64,000 nt of DNA from Clostridia bacterium (lineage in GTDB: Bacteria > Bacillota > Clostridia > UMGS1810): assembly GCA_045589495.1 (NCBI GenBank), contig JAZNPF010000041.1, forward strand, positions 6,649 through 70,648, in the 5' to 3' direction. The notes under the pieces were generated by a model. It was not told where the DNA came from, ran no database searches, and saw only the letters and a list, made by a program, of their open reading frames with translations. This document shows, piece by piece, positions 9,475 through 18,369 of this stretch (positions within the stretch are counted from its first letter, which is position 1; each line of letters starts with the position of its first letter). Made by a program: the position numbers and the translations under genes.

Positions 9475-10169
9475 TTTTTGATATTCTTACCCTTTTCCCA
9501 GAAATGTTTGATGGTGTGCTCAATTCCAGTATGCTTGGCAGAGCCGCTGACAAAGGTATTCTGGAATTCAATGCTGTAAATATACGTGATTTCGCAGACA
9601 ACAAACATAACCGCGTAGACGATGCCCCCTACGGCGGCGGACGTGGTATGGTTATGCAGGCTCCTCCTATTTACAGTTGTTTTAAAAATATTGAAGAAAA
9701 ACGTGGCAAAAAGCCGCATCTTATATATATGTCACCCAAAGGTAAAGTACTTACGCAAAAAGATGCAATCCGCTTATCGCAAATGGATAATATAGCAATT
9801 TTATGCGGTCACTATGAGGGAGTTGACCAACGCATTATAGACGAAATCGTTGACGAAGAAATTTCGATCGGTGACTATGTGCTTACCGGCGGTGAACTTC
9901 CTGCAATGGTGCTTATTGACACAATAAGCCGTATGATCGACGGCGTACTTTCAAATGAAGACAGTTTTACAGACGAATCTCACTTTAACGGTCTGTTGGA
10001 ATACCCACATTATACACGCCCACCTGAATTTCACGGTATGACCGTACCCGATGTACTGCTTTCTGGAAATCACGCAGAAATTGAAAAGTGGCGCAGACAA
10101 AAGTCATTGGAAACAACAAAAAAATACAGACCTGACCTTTTGAAAGGAACAGATGAAAATGAAAATTAA
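9471..10169 (+). CDS. trmD: tRNA (guanine37-N1)-methyltransferase
   Basis: MIFDILTLFPEMF..., DDAPYGGGRGMVM and YVLTGGELPAMVLIDT (SPOUT knot). Confidence 0.95.
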   Translation: MIFDILTLFPEMFDGVLNSSMLGRAADKGILEFNAVNIRDFADNKHNRVDDAPYGGGRGMVMQAPPIYSCFKNIEEKRGKKPHLIYMSPKGKVLTQKDAIRLSQMDNIAILCGHYEGVDQRIIDEIVDEEISIGDYVLTGGELPAMVLIDTISRMIDGVLSNEDSFTDESHFNGLLEYPHYTRPPEFHGMTVPDVLLSGNHAEIEKWRRQKSLETTKKYRPDLLKGTDENEN

Positions 10170-12147
10170 CCGTGTGTATATCAAAAACTTTGGCGGCATC
10201 TCCGACAGAGAATACATACTTTCCGACGGACTCAACGTAATATTCGGTGAAAACGAATCAGGAAAAAGCACATTTTTATCTTTTATCCGTTTTATCTTTT
10301 ACGGTGCAAAAAAATCACGGGCAAAAGAACTTTCTTTCCGTGACAAATATATGCCGTGGAGTGGCGAGGATATGTCGGGCGAAATTGAATTCACTTCAAA
10401 CAGTACTGAATATTCTCTTTCCCGAACAATTTCTGCTACCGGAAGAAAAAAAGATGTTACTTTTATAAACAAAACAACCGGTGATACTTTACCTGTTCCC
10501 GACGCCGACGAAATAGGAACAGAACTTTTTAAATTGAGTGAAGATGCTTTTTTAAAAACTCTTTTCCTGGGTGCCGAAGGTGCACAGATTACATCTGACG
10601 GTGAACTGCTTACCAAAATATCAAATGTCTCACAAAGCGGCGATGAAAATATTTCATATCAGTCAATATGTGCCCAAATCAATAATATGATTGCTGATTT
10701 ATCTTCTCCGCGAAGAAACAAAGCAATAATCCCCGCCCTTGAAAGACAACTGGAAATTTTAAAAGAAAAAAAAGAAGATGCACAAATTCTTTATGAAAAG
10801 AAAAATGTGTTATCCATCAATCTTGAAGAAGTCACTTTGAAACTTGACGAAGCAATAAGTACAAAAACCAAATTAAACGATATGATTGCCAAAGCAAAGA
10901 AATACACCGACTGGCAGACATATAAAAAAGCCGGAGAGAAATTAAAAGAAGCCGAACAACTTTATAAAAACTCTCTAAGCACCGAAGAAACAATTAACGC
11001 AAAATACGATTTCTTAAATGATATAACTGACGAAGAAGAACAAATTATTTTAAAAGATAATTCTTTAGATATTTCCTCTGCAAAAACACAGGAGATACTC
11101 CTTGGTGACAAGGTCTCAACAAGCAAAAAAATTGCGATTTTATGCATTATTCTTTCAGTAATATCAGCAATCGCAGGGATATTCTCTCCCATTTCATTTA
11201 TCGGTACTGCGTTTTTAATTTTATTTGCAGTTCATTTTATATTATCATCAAAAAAATTTAAACGTGAAATAGTCCAAATAACCAATAAAATCATCGCAGC
11301 CGAACAAGAAAAATCGAAAATACTGAAAAAATACAACCTCGAAAGCACCGAGCATTACAAATTACTAAAACGTGAAAACGCAGATCTATCAGAACGTGAA
11401 GAATTGAATAAATCGAATTCAAACGCTCTAAAGGAGATCTATAACGGACGTAAATATGGTTTTGATGCTCTGACTTTACAGGTCATTGAACGATACGGAA
11501 GCATTGAAAATCTTGAATGCGAAAAAGTCGATATCGACGAAATCACAATTTCAGAACAAATTAAATCTGTCGACGAAAAAATACTTAATCTCACAGCAGA
11601 ACGTGCTACAATCAAAAACAACATCAATTCTGCCGAAGATATTTCGCAGGAACTTACAAATATAGAAAGTGAAATCAACTATTTAAACCTTTCTCTTAAA
11701 GAAGCAAACGAAAAACTTCGTATCTTAAACCTTGCAACAGAAATTTTAAATCAGTCTTACGAAGAACTGAAAGGTAATTTTGCCCCTCGTCTTGCAAAAA
11801 CAACAGCAAGTATTTTCAACAAATTAACAGGTGGCAAATACGGAGAACTCATTGTTAATGACGAATTTCAAATTCAGTTGAAAAGCGACGGAAAATACGA
11901 AATTTCAAAATTTTTCAGTTCAGGTACAATTCAACAGTTGTATTTTTCTTTAAGATTAGGTATAATAGAATTGATTATGGGTAATTATCCCTTGTTTATT
12001 GATGATGCATTCATTACTTATGACGATTCAAGATTCAAAAATGCATCTGATTTTTTAAAGGATTACTCTGAAAATAACCAAATCGTATTTTGTACCTGTC
12101 ACACGCGCGAAAGCAATATGCAAGGCGCACAGGTACTCAAATTCTGA
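10153..12147 (+). CDS. YhaN/SbcC-like ABC-type ATPase with central transmembrane hairpin
   Basis: Walker A GENESGKST is N-terminal. Long heptad-rich arms flank two TM helices near the midpoint (IAILCIILSVISAIAGIF / FIGTAFLILFAVHFIL). The C-terminal end has the signature-like SSGTIQQ, Walker B PLFIDDAF and H-loop CTCH. It overlaps the trmD stop by 17 nt. Confidence 0.7.
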   Translation: MKMKINRVYIKNFGGISDREYILSDGLNVIFGENESGKSTFLSFIRFIFYGAKKSRAKELSFRDKYMPWSGEDMSGEIEFTSNSTEYSLSRTISATGRKKDVTFINKTTGDTLPVPDADEIGTELFKLSEDAFLKTLFLGAEGAQITSDGELLTKISNVSQSGDENISYQSICAQINNMIADLSSPRRNKAIIPALERQLEILKEKKEDAQILYEKKNVLSINLEEVTLKLDEAISTKTKLNDMIAKAKKYTDWQTYKKAGEKLKEAEQLYKNSLSTEETINAKYDFLNDITDEEEQIILKDNSLDISSAKTQEILLGDKVSTSKKIAILCIILSVISAIAGIFSPISFIGTAFLILFAVHFILSSKKFKREIVQITNKIIAAEQEKSKILKKYNLESTEHYKLLKRENADLSEREELNKSNSNALKEIYNGRKYGFDALTLQVIERYGSIENLECEKVDIDEITISEQIKSVDEKILNLTAERATIKNNINSAEDISQELTNIESEINYLNLSLKEANEKLRILNLATEILNQSYEELKGNFAPRLAKTTASIFNKLTGGKYGELIVNDEFQIQLKSDGKYEISKFFSSGTIQQLYFSLRLGIIELIMGNYPLFIDDAFITYDDSRFKNASDFLKDYSENNQIVFCTCHTRESNMQGAQVLKF

Positions 12148-12164
12148 CGGAGGTGTTTTATCTT

Positions 12165-12527
12165 ATGGCAAACGCAAGTGTAGAATTTTTAAAAGGTAAT
12201 GTTACTATTGACAACGAAGTAATTGCTCAGATTTGCGGAATTATAACAACCGGTTGCTATGGTGTTGTTGGTATGGCTTACAGTTCTAAATCCAAAGGCA
12301 TCGCATCGCTCCTGGTAAAGGATAAAATTTCTAAAGGTGTAGACGTTTACGTTTCTCCTGATAAAAAAATAAGTGTTGATATTCATATCATCATCGAATA
12401 CGGCGTCAATATACAAACTACAAGCGATAGCATTATAAGTAATGTGAAATATCATTTGAATTATATGACAGGTCTTGATGTAGACAGCGTAAAGGTGTTT
12501 GTTGACGGTGCCAGAGTACGCGAATAG
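12165..12527 (+). CDS. Asp23/Gls24-family protein (YloU-like)
   Basis: MANASVEFLKGNVTIDNEVIAQICGIITTGCYGVVGM is Asp23-like. ATG at 12165 follows GGAGGTG. It is paired with a DAK2 protein, as in yloU-yloV. Confidence 0.8.
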   Translation: MANASVEFLKGNVTIDNEVIAQICGIITTGCYGVVGMAYSSKSKGIASLLVKDKISKGVDVYVSPDKKISVDIHIIIEYGVNIQTTSDSIISNVKYHLNYMTGLDVDSVKVFVDGARVRE

Positions 12528-12538
12528 AGGTGAAAACT

Positions 12539-14176
12539 GTGATAGAAATATTAACAGGTGAACTGCTGGCGGATATGATTGTATCAGGCAGCAATAACCT
12601 TTCCAATAAAAAAACCGAAATAGACGACTTAAACGTATTCCCAGTACCCGATGGCGACACAGGTACTAATATGTCACTTACTATGCAATCCTGCGTTGAA
12701 GAAGTTACAAAAGCAAAGGACAAGGGAATCGGTGTTGTATCAAAAACTTTATCCTCTGCTGCTCTTCGTGGGGCAAGAGGTAACTCTGGCGTTATCACAA
12801 GTCAGTTAATGCGTGGTATCGCCAAAAGATTTTCAGGTCTTGAAACATGTGGTAAAAAAGAATTTGCCGAAGCAATGAAATTTGCTGCCGACTCTGCATA
12901 CGGTGCTGTTATGAAGCCTATTGAGGGTACCATCTTGACAGTTGCACGCGGAATTTGCAATGGTGCTTTGGAAAATGTAGAATCTGCCGCAGATATTGTT
13001 TCACTTCTTAAAAGCAGTATCGAAGCAGGAAATCAAGCATTAGACCGCACTCCCGACCTCCTCCCCCAACTTAAACAAGCAGGGGTTGTTGACGCCGGCG
13101 GTAAAGGTCTTGTGTGTTTCTGGGAGGGCGCTCTCTCCTATCTAGAAACAGGTATAATCGTTGAACGCACTGATTCACCTTCAGAACCGTCAACTCCAAA
13201 AGCCGAATTTGAAACTTTGGAAGAAATAAAATTTAAATATTGCACAGAGTTTCTAATTCATAAATCTGCTCCCAATGCAGACGTTTTTACGTATAAAACA
13301 AAAATCGAAAGATTTGGCGACTGCATGGTTGTAATTGATGATGACGATATTGTTAAAACGCATATCCATACAAATGAACCTAATATTGTAATTGGTGAAG
13401 CACTCAAACTCGGTGAACTTTCAAAAATTAAAATTGACAATATGAAAATTCAGCACGAAAACAGAGTTGTGACAGAAGATGAAGTTAAAACAGAAGTAGA
13501 AAAACCAGCAGAACCGCCTAAAAAATATGGTTTTATTTCCGTTGCTGTAGGTGACGGAATCGTAAACACAATGCGAGAACTCGGTATCGACCTTATAATT
13601 GAAGGCGGACAGACTATGAACCCTAGCGCCGAAGATATTCTCAATGCTATTGAGGCATTGAATGCAGAAAATATCTTTGTTTTCCCGAACAACAAAAATG
13701 TTATTTTATCTGCGGAACAAGCTAAAAATCTTACTAACAAAAATGTTGTTATAATCCCCACTAAAAGCATTACTCAGGCAATTTCATGTATGATTTGCTT
13801 TGATGAAGACGAAGACATCGAAGAAATCACTGAAATGTTCAATGAAACAATTGAAAATGTTCGTACAGGTCAGATTACTTACGCAGTAAGAAACACCGTG
13901 GTGGAAGGCAAAAAAATCAAACAAGGTGACATTCTGGGTATAGTAGACGGTAAGATTGCTGTAGCAAAAAAATCGATTGACAGTGCTTTTTTCGCTACCT
14001 TGGATGAGGTTATCGGTGAGGGGGCTGATACGATCACCATATTCTACGGAAAAGATGTTTACGAGAAAGATTTACAAGAAATAAAAGAAAAGATTGAAAA
14101 GAAATATGACGATTATGATGTTTCTGTTCAGTACGGCGGTCAGAACGTATATTATTATATAATTTCTGCTGAATAA
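12539..14176 (+). CDS. yloV: DAK2 domain fusion protein YloV
   Basis: VFPVPDGDTGTNM and ALRGARGNSGVI are Dak phosphatase-domain motifs, followed by a long DegV-like C-terminal half. The GTG start at 12539 follows AGAGGTGA; the ORF-track start at 12530 lies inside that RBS. Confidence 0.85.
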   Translation: MIEILTGELLADMIVSGSNNLSNKKTEIDDLNVFPVPDGDTGTNMSLTMQSCVEEVTKAKDKGIGVVSKTLSSAALRGARGNSGVITSQLMRGIAKRFSGLETCGKKEFAEAMKFAADSAYGAVMKPIEGTILTVARGICNGALENVESAADIVSLLKSSIEAGNQALDRTPDLLPQLKQAGVVDAGGKGLVCFWEGALSYLETGIIVERTDSPSEPSTPKAEFETLEEIKFKYCTEFLIHKSAPNADVFTYKTKIERFGDCMVVIDDDDIVKTHIHTNEPNIVIGEALKLGELSKIKIDNMKIQHENRVVTEDEVKTEVEKPAEPPKKYGFISVAVGDGIVNTMRELGIDLIIEGGQTMNPSAEDILNAIEALNAENIFVFPNNKNVILSAEQAKNLTNKNVVIIPTKSITQAISCMICFDEDEDIEEITEMFNETIENVRTGQITYAVRNTVVEGKKIKQGDILGIVDGKIAVAKKSIDSAFFATLDEVIGEGADTITIFYGKDVYEKDLQEIKEKIEKKYDDYDVSVQYGGQNVYYYIISAE

Positions 14177-14180
14177 ATAT

Positions 14181-14209
14181 AAAAAGCAGAGTCATTGACT
14201 CTGCTTTTT
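14181..14209 (+). terminator. Rho-independent terminator after yloV
   Basis: AAAAAGCAGAGTC, loop ATT, then GACTCTGCTTTTT. Confidence 0.8.
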
Positions 14210-14240
14210 AACTTTATACTTACTTAAAGGAGATTTGAAA

Positions 14241-14471
14241 ATGCTGTTTTTTAAGAAAAAATTTAAAGCCACTATATATATCGACGGAATGTCGTGCAAA
14301 CATTGCGCGGATAAAGTTGAAAATGCATTAAATGATATTGACGGATACTCTGCTAAAGTAGACCTTAATAAAAAATGTGCTCATATAAAATCCAATGCAC
14401 CAATTATAAAAGATGATGTATTCAACACCATATTTACAATAGGCTTTACTCCGACAAAAATCGAAATATAA
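14241..14471 (+). CDS. Heavy-metal-associated (HMA/CopZ-like) domain protein
   Basis: GMSCKHCADKVENAL is the GMxCxxC metal-binding motif in a roughly 70 aa ferredoxin-like fold. ATG at 14241 follows AGGAG. Confidence 0.7.
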   Translation: MLFFKKKFKATIYIDGMSCKHCADKVENALNDIDGYSAKVDLNKKCAHIKSNAPIIKDDVFNTIFTIGFTPTKIEI

Positions 14472-14484
14472 TATTATTTTTAGT

Positions 14485-14514
14485 TTGACATACCAACAAT
14501 GTCTGTGATATAAT
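14485..14514 (+). promoter_or_regulatory. Sigma-A type promoter for tRNA-Leu
   Basis: TTGACA (14485-14490), an 18 nt spacer, then TATAAT (14509-14514), about 16 nt upstream of the tRNA. Confidence 0.6.
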
Positions 14515-14530
14515 ATTATGGTATTCATTT

Positions 14531-14612
14531 GCGGATGTGGCGAAGTTGGCATACGCGCAAGATTTAGGTTCTTGTGTCAGACGACGTGCAGGTTCGACCC
14601 CTGTCATCCGCA
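14531..14612 (+). tRNA. tRNA-Leu (anticodon TAG), class II with long variable arm; CCA not encoded
   Basis: Acceptor GCGGATG/CATCCGC. Anticodon stem CAAGA/TCTTG with loop TTTAGGT. The variable arm is 13 nt. T-arm GCAGG-TTCGACC-CCTGT, discriminator A. Confidence 0.9.
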
Positions 14613-14621
14613 TTAAAGTTT

Positions 14622-14655
14622 AAAGCACTTACAGTTTTAGATGTAAGTGCTTTTT
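14622..14655. terminator. Hairpin/terminator shared by the tRNA-Leu (+) and the recombinase remnant (-)
   Basis: AAAGCACTTACA / TGTAAGTGCTTT stem with flanking A and T runs. Its sequence and spacing resemble the hairpin 3' of the intact recombinase gene at 60672-60705. Confidence 0.7.
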
Positions 14656-14672
14656 CCTTTCCACCCCCTATT

Positions 14673-14903
14673 TCATCCTGCCAACTTTTTTCTTTGCTCT
14701 TTTAACTGTCTCGGCATTTCAGTTAAGGTTTTAATGAATTCTGTACCGCTATCCATAAACGGGGCTTTCAAGTTTATATCGAGTGTCAATCCGTTTTTGT
14801 CTTCATAGATTATGATTTTGTCTATCAGGAGTGTCAGGTTTGTATGGCTGAGTTTCTTTTCTTTAAGTATTTTCTCAAGTAACTCTGCACTTTCTGCAAC
14901 GGC
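14673..14903 (-). mobile_element. 3'-terminal remnant of a large serine recombinase gene (C-terminal tail only)
   Basis: The encoded AVAESAELLEKILKEKKLSHTNLTLLIDKIIIYEDKNGLTLDINLKAPFMD aligns without gaps to the C-terminus of the recombinase at 60721..62340 (AMLENANLLDKILSEKELSHTNLCLLLEKIIIHEDEYGLRLEIRMKAPFLE). Confidence 0.75.
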
Positions 14904-15737
14904 GTCTCTTCCATCTTCTCTGTATGGAAACTGGTCAAACGTTATATAGCCCTTATAGTCTGTCTTCTTAAGCCAGTATAAAAATTCAAGATATGCAATT
15001 GTATGCACATTTCCTACAATCATATCGTCATCCCATACACCATAGTTATCATTTATATGTATATGCCTAAGTTTATCACCATACATTTTGCACATTGCAA
15101 CGGACTCGGCAGGGTTTTCATATCCTAAAACAGCATGTCCATAATCGAGTGCTATGCCCGCATTATTACATTTTATGTCGTTGAGCATCATCAGGGTTGT
15201 TCCTATTGTGTTTATATATGAATGTGTTCTCGGCTCTTTTAATTTATATTCTAAAGTTATGTTGATATCTTTGTTATATTCGCAGATTTCTTTTAAAGCA
15301 TCTGAAAACAATGTGCGCTCTTTTATGTAATCAGCCGCAAACATATAGTCGTATCCGTCCTGACCTGGCCATAGCGTTACAATTTTGCATCCTAGTTCTT
15401 CTGCAAAATCAACTGCAAATCTAGCATCTTCTATCGCCTTTTTTCGCACATCCATATCTGTAGAAGACAGGCTTCCGTGTTTGAATATAGGATTAGCAAA
15501 AGTATCAACTGCAACTGAAGCAAGCTCTAACCCTGTTTCTTTTAAACAGTTTTTGATCACATCAATGTTGTTCTTAAAGTCCTCAGTTAGAACAATATCT
15601 ACTGCACTAATGCTCGGAATACTCTTAACTCTTTTGAACATTTCTTCGATCGAGAACTGTCGACCGTAAGCACTGCAATATCTGTCACTACAGGAAGCAA
15701 CATTTGATATAAACACCGAATATTTTATATTCATCAT
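14673..15737 (-). CDS. Xylose-isomerase-like TIM-barrel sugar isomerase/epimerase with its native C-terminus replaced by the recombinase remnant (chimeric ORF)
   Basis: Residues 1 to about 280 show the TIM-barrel pattern (KIVTLWPGQDGYDY, ITLEYKLKEPR, ALDYGHA, HIHINDN, ITFDQFP). The last roughly 70 residues are recombinase-derived. Confidence 0.7.
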   Translation of the reverse strand: MMNIKYSVFISNVASCSDRYCSAYGRQFSIEEMFKRVKSIPSISAVDIVLTEDFKNNIDVIKNCLKETGLELASVAVDTFANPIFKHGSLSSTDMDVRKKAIEDARFAVDFAEELGCKIVTLWPGQDGYDYMFAADYIKERTLFSDALKEICEYNKDINITLEYKLKEPRTHSYINTIGTTLMMLNDIKCNNAGIALDYGHAVLGYENPAESVAMCKMYGDKLRHIHINDNYGVWDDDMIVGNVHTIAYLEFLYWLKKTDYKGYITFDQFPYREDGRDAVAESAELLEKILKEKKLSHTNLTLLIDKIIIYEDKNGLTLDINLKAPFMDSGTEFIKTLTEMPRQLKEQRKKLAG

Positions 15738-15818
15738 AACTCCTCCTCTTTTTTTAGTTATATTATAGAAGTTGGCAATCTATCATATTATTTTTTTGGT
15801 CATATAAACATATATAAT

Positions 15819-16619
15819 TTACTTGTATTTTATATCAGTACCAACAAAGCCAATTGTTTCAAAATCTTTTGGATTCTGACGAACTATATAATCAATATAG
15901 GAATCAATTATTTTTGCAGTAAAAATATATCCAGATGGATTCATATGTCCATACAGAAAAAATTTCTCTTCAAATTTATCACCATATACCGGACCATATT
16001 TATATAAATCAATAACATATGTATTATCAAAATGTTCAGCAAGTGAATATATCAATTCTGCAACTGATTTTGCCTTATCCTCTTTATCCTGGGTTTTGGG
16101 TTTCGGAAGTGTAACAAAAAAGAATTTCGAATCAGGGCTGATTTCCTTATATCTTTGCACAATTGCAGCATAATATCCGGCAAAAGTATGTTTATTGTTA
16201 GCATAATTTTCATCATCAATATCATCGACACTTCCGATTTCCATATTCTGACCATATATATCGTTTACACCTAACGCTACGACATATGCCTGACACGCTT
16301 TTTCTTTATCCCAAAAGCCATTACTTTCAGCAAAATCTTTTATATATTCTTGTGCAGTCATTCCGCCACGGGAAAAATTATATGCTTTAAGACCATTCTT
16401 TCGTGCTATATACTGTCCCCATGAGTATTCGTACAAATCATGATACCCTGGATTTCCTTCTTCATCACGGGTCTCAAACTCACCCGACGAAAGACTATCT
16501 CCAATAAATGCTATTGTACGAAAAACAGAAGTATTGCTATATCCGTCAACCAATTTGTCAAGCGGTTTTTCGTTTTCATTATAAAGTTCTCTTTCCCAAT
16601 CCATTCGATATTTCTCCAA
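15819..16619 (-). CDS. SGNH/GDSL hydrolase (probable carbohydrate acetylesterase)
   Basis: Block I IAFIGDSLSSGE, block II FSRGGMTA, block III ALGVNDI and a His-containing block V (GHMNPSGY). Confidence 0.75.
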   Translation of the reverse strand: MEKYRMDWERELYNENEKPLDKLVDGYSNTSVFRTIAFIGDSLSSGEFETRDEEGNPGYHDLYEYSWGQYIARKNGLKAYNFSRGGMTAQEYIKDFAESNGFWDKEKACQAYVVALGVNDIYGQNMEIGSVDDIDDENYANNKHTFAGYYAAIVQRYKEISPDSKFFFVTLPKPKTQDKEDKAKSVAELIYSLAEHFDNTYVIDLYKYGPVYGDKFEEKFFLYGHMNPSGYIFTAKIIDSYIDYIVRQNPKDFETIGFVGTDIKYK

Positions 16620-17192
16620 TCATTCAGGTTTTTTCTCAAGTTTTAAAGGATAGTCACCGAGTTTGTTCACTTTAAATCCATTTGATTTGTATTCTTCATA
16701 ATCAAATGCTTCAAGTTCATCTATAGCAAGTTTATGGAATTCATAGAAATTCTTCCACCATTCATATCCAGTGCCAAGGTCAGCATTGAGATATGCATCT
16801 ACGATATCGCAAGCCATAGCAGGTGCTACATAGAATGCGCCCATTGCTAGAACATTTACGCCATTACCTGTGATAGCACGGAGTGCAGCAGGAACACTCT
16901 CAACAACGCCTGCATGTACATGAGGGCATTTGCTTGCAGCGATATGAATACCCATACCTGTACCGCAGAAGAGAAGTGCTCTCTCAAACTCGCCCTCAGA
17001 AATCATAGAACCTGCACGAAGGCCTACTCTGTGGAACATAAGGTCTGTATCGTTAGGATCAGAATCAACCTTTACACCAACATCGGTGATTGTCCAGCCT
17101 TTTTCTCTTAAATGTTCACATACTGCTTCTTTCAAGGGGAATCCCGCAAAATCGGCTCCTACTAAAATTTGTTTTTCTTTTACTTTTTTCAT
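16620..17192 (-). CDS. RpiB/LacA/LacB-family sugar-phosphate isomerase
   Basis: ILVGADFAGFPLKEAV..., LFCGTGMGIHIAASK and the HAGVV pattern. The stop abuts the start of the next gene. Confidence 0.7.
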   Translation of the reverse strand: MKKVKEKQILVGADFAGFPLKEAVCEHLREKGWTITDVGVKVDSDPNDTDLMFHRVGLRAGSMISEGEFERALLFCGTGMGIHIAASKCPHVHAGVVESVPAALRAITGNGVNVLAMGAFYVAPAMACDIVDAYLNADLGTGYEWWKNFYEFHKLAIDELEAFDYEEYKSNGFKVNKLGDYPLKLEKKPE

Positions 17193-17232
17193 TTTAATCT
17201 CTCCTTTATATAAATTCTTTATGTAATTTGCA

Positions 17233-18021
17233 TTAAATATAAAAATTTTCTTTTAACCAGTTTACAAACAATTCTTTCCATTGTGCAATGTGTGAAGTGC
17301 CATTTGCAAGTCCCAATCCATGAACGCCATCAGGAAATATATGCATTTCAAAAAGCACATTCATAGATTTTAGTTTTTCTCCGTACTGCAAACTGTTGCA
17401 AACATTGACCAAACTATCATTTGAGGTATGCCATATAAAGGTTTTAGGCGTTTCTTCATCTGCTATTAAAGCAGGATTTAATTCCTTAGCAATTGCTAAT
17501 TTGTCAGGCGTTGATCCCAATAAATTTATAGTAGTTTGCAAATTGGTTATTGCTAAATCTGACAGAGAAATTACCGGATAACACAAAACCTGGAAATTTG
17601 GAAGATAATCAATTTTATCAACATCATCTTGGCCTTCTAAATCTAATTTTTCTCTATAAGTACAGGTAAGTGCAGCCAAATGCCCACCTGCAGAAGAACC
17701 CATAACACCAATCTTGTCAGTAATAATATCAAATCTTTTAGCATTTGCCCTTACGAACCTAATACTTCTTCTTGCATCAAGCAACTGTACAGGAAAACGA
17801 TAAGGGGAAACTCTGTATTGCAACACAAAAGCATCCATACCAATACTGTTTAAATATTCTGCATAATCCTTGCCTTCGTCAGATGCACGGAATGTATATC
17901 CGCCTCCTGGAAATATAACAATTGTAGCATCTGTTGTTTTTTCCTTAGCAGGATAATACTCTAAAACAGGTTCATAATCAATAACTCCTGGTGCCTGATC
18001 CCATAGTTTGAAAATTTCCAT
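17233..18021 (-). CDS. Alpha/beta hydrolase (esterase)
   Basis: FPGGGY oxyanion region, nucleophile elbow GVMGSSAGGHLA and C-terminal DGVHG. ATG at 18021 follows GAGGAG. Confidence 0.75.
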   Translation of the reverse strand: MEIFKLWDQAPGVIDYEPVLEYYPAKEKTTDATIVIFPGGGYTFRASDEGKDYAEYLNSIGMDAFVLQYRVSPYRFPVQLLDARRSIRFVRANAKRFDIITDKIGVMGSSAGGHLAALTCTYREKLDLEGQDDVDKIDYLPNFQVLCYPVISLSDLAITNLQTTINLLGSTPDKLAIAKELNPALIADEETPKTFIWHTSNDSLVNVCNSLQYGEKLKSMNVLFEMHIFPDGVHGLGLANGTSHIAQWKELFVNWLKENFYI

Positions 18022-18041
18022 ATTGTATCTCCTCAAAAAAT

Positions 18042-18356
18042 TCAATCTAAATGAAATACATTTTTCAAATCAATACTTACGGGACTGTTATCGGGATTTG
18101 TTTCCATCATATCTGCCATATAATCCCACCACTTAAGGTTGATTTCCGTATAGTCACGCTGTGCCCATTTTTCTTCATCCTCAACCTCTATATAACCAAA
18201 CAAAACGCGTGTTTCTTCATCAAGGAAAATTTCAAACTTATGACAACCATGTTCTTTGAGCATATCTCTCATTTCGGGCCAGATTTCTCTGTGGCGCTTT
18301 TCATACTCAGCTTCGCAACCTTCAAAAACTTTCATCTTAAAAGCCTTAATAATCAT
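18042..18356 (-). CDS. rhaM: L-rhamnose mutarotase
   Basis: 104 aa: MIIKAFKMKVFEGCEAEYEKRHREIWPEMRDMLKEHG...KWWDYMADMMETNPDNSP. This matches the RhaM/YiiL family pattern. Confidence 0.85.
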   Translation of the reverse strand: MIIKAFKMKVFEGCEAEYEKRHREIWPEMRDMLKEHGCHKFEIFLDEETRVLFGYIEVEDEEKWAQRDYTEINLKWWDYMADMMETNPDNSPVSIDLKNVFHLD

Positions 18357-18369
18357 TGTTTTTTCCTCC

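Noticed and set aside
12090-12164. N-terminal extension of the Asp23 ORF overlapping the upstream ATPase gene
   Set aside because: The ATG at 12165 has a GGAGGTG RBS and gives the conserved Asp23 N-terminus. The extension lies inside the preceding coding region.
14241-14471. HMA-domain protein considered as part of a copper-resistance system or island cargo
   Set aside because: No P-type ATPase or CsoR/CopY regulator is adjacent. It appears to be a stand-alone small metallochaperone-like gene, and nothing else marks it as unusual.
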